From Vitrella brassicaformis CCMP3155 (lineage: Eukaryota; Protista; Chromerida): 64,000 bases of DNA. Location: positions 1 to 64,000 of the forward strand of contig CDMY01001028.1 of NCBI GenBank assembly GCA_001179505.1, read 5' to 3'. This document shows, piece by piece, positions 22,942-35,709 of the stretch. A program made the position numbers and the translations under genes. Each line of letters begins with the position of its first letter. Within the stretch, counting starts at the first letter, position 1. Under the pieces are notes generated by a model, which was not told the origin of the DNA, ran no database searches, and saw only the letters and a list, made by a program, of their open reading frames with translations.

Positions 22942-25900
22942 CTAGCCCAGGGGAAGCGGGGCTGATACGGGTGAGTGAGACGGACCCTCATATGCTCGGG
23001 ACGGATGGCCAGGCAGGTCGGTTGCCGGTGGCTTGAATGAGAGCCTTGCCGGTAGGCCGATAGCCTGGGAGGCGGCGCCGCAGGTGCCGCCGACGTCCGT
23101 TGAGCGGTGCTGAGAGGAACGTGGCCGTCTGTCTTCAGCTGGCGTGCCTGCCGACTGGGTGACCCGATACATACACAGACAGACAGACAGGCGGGGGCGA
23201 GATCAGGTAGCTAGGGCCAGGGAATGCCTCAGACAGGACAGACAGATAGTCAGGACGTATGCAAGACAGGGAGGGTTGGTCTGTGGCAGGCATGTGACCC
23301 TTCTCTCTCTGCGAGGACGGATCCGTTGAGCATACCTTCCACGTCGAATTGGACGAAGACTCGACCGCTGATCCATCCACAATATCATCAATTCACCGCC
23401 AAGACCACTCACCCATAGCCATCTGGACAGCTATCATTCTCCACGTGACGTGGTGTGTAGTGTGGAATGCACATCCCGAATGAGGAGGAGGACGCACAGC
23501 ATAGCTAGCAGCGGACTCGTCCCTGTGACGTGACGGATGGACACTCAATGGGGAGTGGGTCGGAAGGAGAGGCCTTGGGCAGTGGTTGAAGGGACGATCC
23601 CGAGCGAACGGATATGGTGCCGCCATCTGAAGAGGACAGCACACCGACAAAGGACAGGGAGGGACAGACAGTGAAGGGGATGAGTGAGGCGAGTGCGCCG
23701 CGAGGCGGGCAGGGCCAGTCGAGCGAGAGCGCTTGCCGATTGTGCGTGTGGGAAGAGCGATACGTGTACGTACCTCTGGCGAGGCTGCGATAGCCCGAGG
23801 AGGCGTGTGTCATCTTCTCGACCCAACACGGCGACTCGTGACGCACATCTGACGGACAGAAGGGATAGAACTATCAGATCGGCGAAAAATTTGGGGTGGA
23901 AATCGGGCCTCCCTGACCTATTTACCCATGTGCACATTCGGTCGCGCGGTGACACTTGTCTCTTTGCGCAAGTCCATCCAGAGTCGCATCCAGACAAGGA
24001 GAGTGGCAGGAGATCAGGCGAAAGACGCTTACGAAGTTGTGGTGCAAGTCTGTCTCGCACATGCGCTTGCTCTATGTGCAATGTTCGCATCGCTTGAACG
24101 CTTGTATCTTTGCTTGAGACTCAGGAGGAACTTCGTCGCCCTTTCGTGTCTTCACTCAATAAAATCCTGCACAATCCAAGACAAACACAGACGCGACAAA
24201 GGTGCACGGATGAGCCGAAAGAAAGATGGAGGATTCAGGACGAATGGGTCTGTCTCCCACCGTCCACCTCCCTTTGTTTCACGGAGATGCAGAGATGCCG
24301 TTTTTCCGAAGCACCAAAGTGGCATGTGGAGAACAGGAGGAGAGCTCCTTCTGTGTTCATTCGAACGAGCATTTTATGCTTGAATTTCGGGTCGCTGCTT
24401 GATTGCTTGGGGCGGCAGATCCCGCACCTTGTGTGCTTCCCACCTCAGATGCGCAAGAAGAACGGATTCCACGGAAGAAGACAGCTGTCCGTCAAAATGT
24501 GGTAACAAACCCTCAACCCCACAGCGGGATAGTGACCAGGGTTCAACTTACGAACCGCTGCACGTGCGACAGCACTTCCCCGTCGGTAACTGGTGCGCTG
24601 GGCCGCCAGCAGATTCTGCACAATGGCGGCCAATGCGCACCATCGCGAGAGAGTCAGAGGGTTTAATTGAAGTATGGATCACATGATGGATCAGGACAAG
24701 GAAATAAAGCGAAAGGGGACATATGTGCTGCATCTGTTCAGCCGCATTCGGACCTACAGTCTCTGCCCAGTGTGCACGATCCGCGATAATGGCTATTTGG
24801 CAGGCAGGATGATGCCCCCGGGGCAACGGCCGGACGGGCCTCTGGTGCAACTCCAGGAACAGGGACAAGAGGACCTGCACATTCGAGTTGGATGAGTACC
24901 GGTAGGTTCACCCTGTACTGAGCGAAGGTAAAATCAATTCGTTTAAAACCGATGGTTTTTATTCTTTACGAGTAAGAGTTCTCTTTGCTCTCAGTAATGA
25001 GTCACACATCAATTACTTGGGTCGCGACAGAAGGGTCGTTGCCGACAGAGGACGCTTAGTTGTTGACAGAGTCGGATTGCAAGAGAAGCAATTCTTCTAC
25101 AAGAGATGCAATTCTCACCGATTTTTACAACCGACAGATTTAGGACAGAGACGTTAATCAGCAAAGCCGGAGGGCAACTTTGCTGAGGGGCTGTTGCTAG
25201 AGCGGGGGCCTTTCCACCCTCGTTGATTGCAGGGGGTGGGTGGGTGGGCGTGCCTGGGTAGGTAGCGAAGGCTTTGATCGTTGCTGTCAATAGTTTAGAT
25301 GCGAACATGTAATCGACCGTCCCAGCGCATGGACACACGGACAATCTTACCCTAACCACCATAGTTTGCTGTAGGCCGTCTTCTCCTTGGCCAGAGTTTC
25401 TACCCCACTTTCGCCAATGCCCACCTTCACAACAACTGGCAGCAAGACCTTCCCATCTAGATGCGCTCGCCCATGAACAAACAGAACAAGTGGGACACGT
25501 GCGTTTTATCCATCGAGCAATGCATCACTCTCATCATCTCTCACTCACCAGAAGAAGTCTTGAGCTTGTCCTTGGGGAAGCCAAAGGGTGTCTCGAGGTG
25601 CTCTATATACACACAAAACAAATGATGCAATAGAGACATGCACTCGCTCAAAAACACAAACCGAGAGACATGTCGGCAAACACAACAAGCCCTGCGGTGC
25701 CGCTGGCTGAATGCCTGAGACGCCACATGCAGGTTGAGATGCAGTGCCATCTCAACACCGGATCATGTCATGATTGTCATCTTCTACCTGATCTGATATT
25801 TCTCTCCAGCGGCGGCCTCGAACTCGCAGTTCTCGTCAAGATACTCGAGTGCGGACCTGTGCTCGTTCCAAAAGTCGTAGACGTCGAGAACCTGAACGTA

Positions 25901-26210
25901 CATACACAGGCGACCCTTCTGCGTACTCGATTGTTCTTTCGTTCGTTGTTGTGCTCACTCTCTTCTGAGGGATGACGTCTTTCAGCACATGGCAGTAGAC
26001 GAATGTCGGCCGACACACCCTCTTGATGGCCTCAACATCCTCCGGGGGGGCCCAAATGAGCGTCATTTTCTCATCTGAGTGGCTCAGACCCGCCATTCGC
26101 ACTGCAAAAGAAGAGGAATGGGCCACTTGCGGGATCAGCACCTCGGCTGCCGAGAGCCCCACCACCAGGGCCAGCAGCACCATCGTCCCAATGCGGCAAG
26201 AGGTCCACAT
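22942..26210 (-). CDS. Poorly resolved multi-exon gene or genes; signal-peptide protein with faint kinase-like motifs
   Basis: MVLLALVVGLSAAEVLIP leader at ~26183. Exons DGKVLLPVVVKVGIGESGVETLAKEKTAYSKLW (~25370-25460) and HVIHTSIKPSD (~24680). No DFG found and exon linkage is not established. Confidence 0.28.
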
Positions 26211-27035
26211 TGTGATGTGGTGTATGGCGCCAGCTGGGGGCTTCCCCCAGTCTCCATCCTGGCCGATTCCGGAATGGCACGGAACCGGAAGGGAAGTCGA
26301 ATTAAAGACGCCTACGCAGGACCGAATGTGCGTAGCGTCGATGACAAGACATGGACAGGAAGAACCGCATTTCACGGATCTACAGGATAGTGCTCTCTAG
26401 GCCACGACACCCGATGGCAAATGACTAGCACGATTTCCCTGAGATGCACCTCCCCTGCAGGCGCACACGCGATGCCATGAGGTAGACGAACACTTCATAT
26501 GCACGCCATGCCATGAGGTGTGCTGATCTACCTGTCTTCAGCGTGTAACGGTGTTCACCACATCTAGGGAGCCCGTGCTCACTCGTGAAGGTCGGCAGCA
26601 CACACACGGTGCGTACCTACCACCTGGCTATCCTGGATCTTTGTCCAGTCGCTGCGACTGCGGGCGCCCCTGATCAACATGCATCATGCAGGTCAACCAA
26701 CAATGAGGACGGCTTCACCACGCCAGGTAGGTGTGTTCATATACCACACCTCACACGCCCCTCTTAATTAATCCAGCCTGCCTGCCTGCCTCCATCTATC
26801 CATTGCTGCCCTCCCGCTTGTGTAATTAATGCGGCTGGCTACAGGCCAGTCGTGAACAACACGCAGCCACAGCCAACCAGTCCCCTGACCCCGCAGCGGC
26901 AGCTCCCAGCGGCTCAGATGCAAACAAGGCATGCATCTTTCAACAACACGGACAACCAGCGAGAAGCGAGTTGCGCCGCACCAACGGCGGGCGAGAGAGG
27001 CAAGTTTACGTGGGCAGGAGGGCGAGGAGGATGGC

Positions 27036-30000
27036 ATGGCTGGTGATGGGTCCCCCATGGGCCCGGCCGACGGGCATCGACGGACGAGGGCCGCTGGGGC
27101 GGCAGGGGCGCCGTCGTCAGTCACCGAATTTCTCGAGTATATAAGACACATACATAGACGGGCAGTGGGAGCCACGAGTGCACTCGTGTCCTGTATGTAT
27201 TTGTGTGTATGTCTGTGGTTGCGTCAGTGTCTGACGAGCACGAGCACGAGCACGATGGTGAGGACGGCAAGATGGCGGATGGGGATATGGAAAAGGACGG
27301 TAGGCAGGCACCAGGAAGCACCCGATGCATGCCGCTGGTTTTTCCCATACGTACGTGTTGTGTGTGTATGTCAGACGTGGCTATAGAGGCATCACTGGCT
27401 GCTGCTGCTGCTGCTGTTACTGCTGGTCGACATTAATGACGAGTCGGCCACTGCGCAGCTGAACAGTGTGGAGGAGGACTGCCATCGGTCCTTCATGGCC
27501 AAATACCGCCAGCGCATCCATCGGCCAGGAGCTCGCAAAATGGTGTCAGTCACATTCAAGCAGAAGAGACAGCGCAAGGAGGCCGTCGACGTGACCGTTC
27601 CCCTTCCACCCGATGAGATCCAACTGACTGACCATCACGAGGAAGCCCTCCTCTTCGTGGCAATGGCAGCACATGACCAGGAGGCTCAGAAACCGCCACT
27701 TGCCGGTTCCTCTGGCACATGCGGTGGGTCGATCGGCGTATGAGAGTGGCCCTGTAGCAGCGGGCCGGGGAGGGGGAGGCGGGCGTGAGAGAGAGGAGCA
27801 AGACAGCATGGCTGGTGGTGGGCCCCCCATCGCCCGACGGGCATTGCCGACGGCCGCTGCGGCTGCGGCAGGGGCACTGCACCGTCGTCACCAAACCTAC
27901 CGAGTAAAGCACATGGGCGAGTACATACCAGGCGTCAGTCACGAGCATTTATGTATTTGTGTGTATGTCTTGTTGGGATTGCGTCAGTGACCTCTGACAA
28001 GCATGAGGATGGCGTCGGTGGAGAGGAGGGTATGCAGCCAGCAAAGGAAACAAGTATCCATGGCTGGCCTCGTGCACATTGCTCTGTGTCTGTGTCTGTG
28101 TGTGTGTGTGTGCGAGTGTCAGACACGGTGGCCATGGGTGGAGATGCGCAGCTGAACAGCGTGGAGAAAGACTGCCGTCAGTCCTTCATGGACGAATACG
28201 CCGAAGACATCCCCCTCCACTACGCCCACAGCGCCACATTCAAGCACAACACACGCTGCGGTCGACTCGGTGAGGACGCCGTCGACGTGACCATTCACAG
28301 AGACAACCGCGCCATCATCCACCTGACCATCACGAAGAAGCCCTCCTCTTCGTGGCAATGGCAGCACATGACCGCGGCGCTCAAAAACCGCGGTGTCAAT
28401 GTTCCTCTCGCCGACGAGATCCGAAAGAGGGAGCCCAACCGCGGCAGTGTGCGTCGACGTGAGGCAGCCGCTGAGCACGGGGGTGGATCGTCAAAGCAGA
28501 GGCGCCTCACGTATGGGCGGGAGATGGGGGCAGGGGATGTAGCTGGTGCGTCTGGCGATGGTGGGTTGCCGAAACGCCGACGCTCTCAGAGAGCGTCGGC
28601 GAGGGCAGCTGCAGCGGCTTTGAAGTCCATTGCGGCATGTAAGGCAGGCATGTGTGACACATACAGACATGGCCATGTATCTGCAGTTCTTGTCTGCGCC
28701 TCTGTGCCTCTGTGTGGTTGCGTCAGCTCCTCGTGAGCATGAGGGCGATGAAAGCGACGCGACGATGGACGACGCCCCAGATGAGAGTACGTATGGCTGC
28801 TGCACCAATCACATCCTCTGTCGTGTGAATGGTTGTGTGGTGTGGTGCGGTGTGGTGCGGTGTGGCGTGGCGTGTCAGATGTGCCTCGTGGTTGCTCCTC
28901 AGCTGCTGCTGGACCAGGCGCGGCGGCTGCTGCTGCTGCTGCAGCTGCTGCTGTTGCTGCATCATCGGGCTCGGCTGTCGAGTCGTGCAAGCGCGACTTC
29001 ATGCTCATGAGGGCCGACCCCAAGACCATATTCTCACGTCTGCCAGAGGGCGTCAAGACCAGCTTCGCCCTCTGCGGCACCGACCTCGTCACCGTGACTA
29101 TTGGCCCCTTCCAGGATGCGTGTGGTGGCGACTACTACGTGCAGGGCACAGCGACGCCACGCCGGAGGGGCAAGCAGGGGTGGAGCTTTTCCCAGGACCT
29201 CAGGAAGATAGAGCTTTTCCGTCCCCACCCGGAGAGCTACCACTTCATTGAGGGGCCGGGGGGGATACGCATCATCGTGGGCCGGAGGGAGCACGGCCAC
29301 GGTAACGACAACCCAACAGACACAGACGGATGAATCAAGGGGCGGGTGGGGTGGTGTCTGTTGGTTGTGCAGGAGGCGGGGAGGGAGAGCCAGCGGCAAA
29401 GCAAGGCCATGGGGATATAAGAGCTGCTGGTGTGCGTGGCGGCGGTGATCTGCATCCGTTCGCTCGCCCGATGGCGCCGCTGCGCGGTCCCCACCCGCCA
29501 CTCCGACCACCATTCTGCGGTACGCCGACGCACAAACACCAACGACCATCCCATCCCATCCCACCGATGGTTTTCTCTGCTCTCCGTTCGTTTCGTGGAA
29601 AGGTCGGCCCGTGACGAACAGGGCTTGGCCATCCACTGCGGCAGGTCAACCTGCTGCCGATGCAGCTCTCGTTCAGTCTGGTCGAAACGCGGCAGCGTTC
29701 GCCCTCTCAACGCCCCTGGTGCTCGCCCCTCACTGCCGGGACGCCTCGCCAACCTATTGGCAGGTGAGCCGACTGCAGCAGTGGGTGTGTGTGTGGGTGT
29801 GCAGCTGACTGAGTAGACTCTCTGTGTTTGATGTCTGCTGCTGCCTCTCAGGCGGTCGCATCCGTCACAACATGGCTGCGCCGCCTCCCCCACCAGCACC
29901 TGTTCCACCCCTGGATCCCCGCCCTCCAGCCCACTCCGCCCATGATGCGGCCGGCCCCCAGCACTCATTCCCCCATTGCTCCAGCCACCACCGGCAGTGG

Positions 30001-32400
30001 ACCAGACAGCACAGCAACAGCCCCGGCCAATAGATCAGCAAGAGGACTACCCGATGAAGGAGGAGCATTCGATAGACGGCCAGCAAGCAGGGGATCCGCA
30101 GCTCCAGAATGACGAGCAGCAGCAGCAGCAGCAAGAGGATCAGCCAATGGACCCCGACGGCCAGCACAAGGCACGGGCAGCAGGGGCGGCAGGGGGTGGC
30201 GATCCGCGCCACCAAGACGAACAGCGGCAGCAGCAGCAGCAGCAGCATCTTGCAATCATAGATGATCACCCAATGGAGCGAGACGAGCAGCATGAGGAGC
30301 GGCCAGCGCTGGACGGTACTGCAGCAGCTGCTGCAGCATCTTCTGCTGCCATTCCCCCCGTCACGCCGTCTGCCGAGCCCCCTCTCGTCAATGTCAACAC
30401 CCACCAGTATGTCGACAATCTGCCAATGGAGCATGTCGGTCCTCCACCGCAGCAGCAGCCTGAGGCAACGATGGACGTCTCGGGCCGTCCACCTAACCCA
30501 CGGCCACACGCTGCTGCTGCTGCTGAGCGGCCAGAGGGCATGTCGTCAGCAGCTCCGGCCCCCCGGCTCTGTCGTCAAAACGGAGCCTGTCGACACGGCA
30601 CCAGCCGACATGAACCAGCACAGCCGTCACGGCGGAACCAACATCGAGCCACAACCACACATCAAGCAGGAGCAGATGGGGGAGGGAGAGGCTGGGCAAC
30701 ATCACCCTCCTCCAGCAGCAGCAGCAGCATCCGAGAGGGTGCAGGGTGCACCGCGGGTCAAGACAGAGACGGGTGCGTCCGGGGCAAACATACGGGATGG
30801 GCGTGGGCCGGAAGGTGCGAGCAGTGTCGGCCATCACCAGGGTGAGGTGGTAGACTTGATGGCCGACGAGGAGGGCGATGAGAGCGGAGGGGGGAGCAAA
30901 GAGTACGTCAACAAGATTCTGCCGATGCTGTCACATGCGGAGCTGGTGGCGGCCCTGGAGAATCAGAGGGCAGCCCTGAAGAACCAGAGGGCACACGCTG
31001 CCCTTGAGGTCGTTGAGGAGGTCAGTGCAGCGAGGTGCAGCGAGCACACCTCCACCCCATCCACTGCAGACATGTGCCATTATCTCGCTCTCCCTCTCTC
31101 TTTCCGTTCGTGTGAGTGATTCAGATGACGTTTGACGGGAGGAGTTTGGCTTCTCTGCGGGAGATGACGGTGTCTGACGTCGTCCGTGAGTTTTACGATG
31201 GTAACCGAAAGGACAGCGCGCGAGTGTTCCATCTCAAGAAGTGGATCGACAAGAGTAGCAGAGTATGCATTCACTCAACCTGACAGCCAGCCAGCCAGAG
31301 AGACAGACAGACAGACAGACACAAGGACCACGTGTGTGCATCAATCAATCAGGGCTGTCTGCGCGTGCCGCTAGCATCGGCATCGGCATCAGCATCAGCA
31401 TCAGCACGCTGACCATATTCCCCAGGTGACATGATATCCCCACTGAACCGACGACACAGGCCACACCGTGCTCCGCTGCTGTGCCTTGTTCGTGTGTCAG
31501 ATTGACCCCATGGCCGAGAGTTTTTCTTTAGCTGCGGGGCAGTCTAGCTGTAGGGCGGTCAAGCGTGGCTACAAGCGTCCGTGGTTGGAGAGGGGAAAGG
31601 TGTGGCTTCATGATTGCTATGATTGATTCGTGTGCTGCGTGCTTCCTGACCGGCCCACCTGCCTGTCTGCCTGCCTGCCTGCCTGTGTGTGTGGTGTGAT
31701 CCCGATTTACTCATGAGCCCACATCAGCCCTTTCGCCATTCACGTAGCGCTGTCTGTGTGCCTCCGTGAATTTAACACAGCTACGTGGAAAAGACGGGTG
31801 GGTGGGTGCAGTCACGATGACGTTGTTGCCGCCCAGTATTGTAGCGTGTGTCGATACCAAACCCAAAGCTCTGTCTGTCTGTCTGTCTGCGGCCATCGGT
31901 CCCTCTCTCATTGCAGATGTCCTGCACGAGTTGCAAACATGCAGCTCGTGCAACCTTGGAGATGGTGGGCGGATGAACGCAGACAGGCACAGACGATGGG
32001 ATGGATGGATGGATGAGTGGCTGAGGCGATCGATTGTTGCCCCTTTCCTCCCCTTCCCCCGTTGCTGCTGGTTGGATGTGAGACACCTCTGTTGCCCATA
32101 CGGTTCTCTCTCTCTCTCTCTCTTCTGTGCTGGCGTGAGTGTGCTGTACTTGATGAATGCGGCTTTCGTTGGTACCTTTCATCCCTTCTCTCTCTCTCCA
32201 GAGCTGCTGCCGCGCCATGCGAGCCGTTTCCACAGATTCGTCCGTGGCGGCTCGCTCCGTGGACGGCGAGAGGGACGAAAGCAAGACAGACAGCCAGATA
32301 CTAAGAGAGGCGTTCGGCAGAGAGAGCCGCCGCTACAAGGACATGTCAAGAGAGGAAGAGAGAGAGAGAGAGAGTCGGTCGATAGGAGAGAAGATACTCT
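27036..32400 (+). CDS. Large low-complexity hypothetical protein with three copies of an unknown domain; two apparent frameshifts (possible pseudogene)
   Basis: Repeated domain starts LNSVEEDCHRSFM, LNSVEKDCRQSFM and SAVESCKRDFM, followed by Q/A/P-rich exons and a C-terminal exon MTFDGRSLASLREMTVSDVVREF. Frame breaks at 27624-27631 and 30559-30564. Confidence 0.5.
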
Positions 32401-32999
32401 GCGATAGGTGGGTACAATAGGGCGGATAAATGTAGCACGATCCATCAGATATATAGTTGGCTGTGGATGAGTGAGTGGCGCGTCGATCTGTGGTACGCAC
32501 GGACTCTCTCTTGTTGGACTGACGTTGAACCGACGTTCACCCGGACAACAGTGGCAATGAGCACGAGCGAAGAGGAGCGATTGGATTGAATCATGTGCGA
32601 GACATGTATGGGCACCAGTATCAATCAATTCAAATCGACAACACTCACGCACACACACACGAGCCACACAACACACATGCAGGCATGGATGGATGAGTTC
32701 GTCATGTAGAGCTAGCGCTGCGCTACCTACCCGCCGCCCGCCACTTGGTGGTGGCCGTCCTCCATACGCTCACCTGCCACGACAATCCGTTCATGTATGT
32801 GTCCCGCTGATCTGATTCCTCCCCTTCCGCCCATCTCACTTCCTCCTGCTGCTGCTGCCCCTACTTGCTATCGTCCCACTCATCGCCCCACTCGCCATCC
32901 ACGTCTGCACACACACAGGGAAGGCGCCACACACATCCAATTGAGACCCATGCCATGGACACAACACACATACATCCCCCACTGCCGGCCCGCTGGGGC

Positions 33000-34667
33000 G
33001 GCGGCAGCAGGCTCTGAGTAATCCGATCGCTTGGCCTTGGCGGCGAAGAATGCCCTGCGTCGATATGCGGTGGGGGTCGGTGGGATGATGTGCGGTTTGG
33101 TTGCATACTTGAGTTTGCGTCTCTCTTTGGCCTTCTTGTCAGCCTGCATCTGCTTCATCTCACGCAGCAGCAACTTACTGCATGCAGCCCAGCGCACACA
33201 ACACAAACAAAGAGAGAGACATACCATCAAAGTGCGGTCGCTTTCGCCCTTTTCCGCCCCGTCTGTCTGTCTTCCTTCCCTCAGGCACGCACCTGAGTTT
33301 TGCGTCGGTTGGTGCGATGTCTAGTGCTATGGTGACGTCCTTCTTGGCCTCATCGAAGTCCTTTGACTTCCAGATCGTGCTGGACCAGGTGGGGGTCGAC
33401 GGTGCACCGACGGATTGTCATGGCACGCCGCCTGCATCCATCCACAGACACAACAGACACACATGATGTGGCGTGTTGGCCGTTCTTGTGCCTGCCGACG
33501 GGCATACCTCATTGAGTTTGCAGAGGGTAGCCAGGCGTTTCTGCTGCTTTTCGATGTCACGGTTGGGCGCCATAAAGGAGAGAGACCCCGCTGCCCGCGT
33601 GTAGTGTCGATGCTTGCCCTGTCAGCATCACACCATCACACCAACACACAATAGATGGGTGTATCTTTCTACTTTCGAGTCGCTGTTTTGCCTCTTCTGT
33701 GGTGACAATGGCCGGCGCTGCACACACACACAGACGGGGAATTCACACACACACACACACCACTCACTGCCCCTCACCGCCGTCGCCACCATCCTTGTCC
33801 TCCCCCTGTTGGTTGAGCACCATGTTTGCGCTGGTCTTGCCCAGCTGGCCCATGACAGACGGGGCGGTAGTGGGCCGGCGGTCCTTGAATGGCGCCGATG
33901 CGTCACCCACTGGTGGCTCAGTGATGACGACACACATCCACACTGCACCCAGCAAAACAGCACACGGCAAAGGATGGCTCAATTCAATCAGCACACAGGA
34001 TCTGCACGCCAAGGCAGCCATCTTCTCGCGGCGATGTCACCTGGACACGAACAGGGAGACCGACTTGGGCGTCTGTGTGTTGTCTGTGTGAGTTAGTTGT
34101 GGGCGCACCTGATTCGGTGAGTATGGAGCGTCCGAACGCCTTGACGAGGGCACGGTGGGCGGGGTGGTTCTATCCCTTCCTCACCTTGGTTCTCGTTGTC
34201 GGGGCTGGCAAAAAGGATACAGGCGATGAATGGGCTGTCGTACGTCGTCTACAGGTGGACTCATCTCGTCACACCTGCCCGCCATGACGGCCGTGCATCC
34301 GTCGGGCGGCTGGTGGGGCGAGTGGTTGAGGAGCCGGGCGTGTCAGCATTCTGTTGCTCGCGCCGACGCCTGTCGCAGCTGCAAAAAGCTGGAGCAGCAA
34401 GTCGGGCACCAACAGAGACGCGACCACAACGAGCAGCCACCGACACACACAAGCATCAACACAACACACAGACAAGGGGTCGACGGGGGGCATTTCCATG
34501 GATGGATGTGCCATGAGTGCATTCACCTGGTTGCCGTCTTGAGAGTGTCTGAGTGTCGCGAAAGTCGCGTAGGCAGCCAACACTGAGAAGGGAACACACA
34601 CACATACAAATGGATTCATGAATGGCCCAGTCGGCCAGCGTATTGGTGTCCGTGTCCGTTTCTTCAT
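33000..34667 (-). CDS. Multi-exon gene with a C-terminal TPR-like helix and basic tail
   Basis: KSKDFDEAKKDVTIALDIAPTDAKLR|KLLLREMKQMQADKKAKERRKLKY resembles the final TPR plus capping helix of FKBP/Cyp40-type proteins. Upstream exons unresolved. Confidence 0.35.
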
Positions 34668-35271
34668 TACGTGCGGCAGCGGAGAGCAGGGCGATCAGTC
34701 AGGCCGCCAGAGACACCAACACCAGCTACACAAAGGGAAGGGAGACACACACAAAGAGAGGGCCACACAGAGACAGTGGGATTGCATGGAATATGATGTG
34801 TTGCGTGCCTGTGTGACGACTGACTGCCTACCAGCAGAGCGCTTCAGGTGACGAAGTGGTTATGACAGATTCGTTCGTTTGGGTGGTTTAAGGCGGGGGC
34901 ACTGGTGTAGTGTGACTGTGAACACGGGTCGCCGTACGACATGGCTGCATCCATGCCGGGCCAGGTAGATAGATCGACAAGTGATGCTACAACATCTCTC
35001 AATGGCGTCGGTCAGTCGCGACAACACGGAAAAGCTACCAGCTCACACACCAGTTGGCAGCAGACAGATGACTTGATCCTTAGACAAATAGAATGACACC
35101 CTATTGAAGTCCACTGTCAATCACTTATTGAATGGTTGTATCCGCCAGCCAGCCAGCCAGTCAGTCAGTTGCTCACACGGCTCTTTATCATCCTCTTCTC
35201 CATCCAGTAGCCACGTCAGCACTCTACCATTGCAGCAAATTCAGACCACTGAGCACGTCAAGCCTCATCCA

Positions 35272-35678
35272 CTAGAGGGCCTCACTCTCCATCCACGTCC
35301 TCGATGTGCGTAATGTCTCTATCCGAGCCACAAAGCGCTCGAAGAGCTCCTTGAGCACCCAGCGAGAACTGCGGCACGCAGGCCAGGAAGCAGAAAGGAA
35401 CATTGTGTGTGACCATACGTTGTCTGACGGATGCTATGTGTATGGACCGACATTGGTTTCTCAACGAAAGCCGTGTCAAACAAAGCCGGCGCGTCTGGGT
35501 ATTGTCTCATGACATTCTGCGGCATACACAGGAAGGGCAGAGGACAGACGACGTGGCGACAATCGATGGAGGCGCACAAGTGTGTCTCACTCACCTCTTT
35601 GCTTTGTGCAGTGCCTGTAAACACGATAGACAACGTTATGAATTGTGTGTTGCGTGTTTCGTCTTGTTTGTTCTTTGC

Positions 35679-35709
<31 letters not shown>

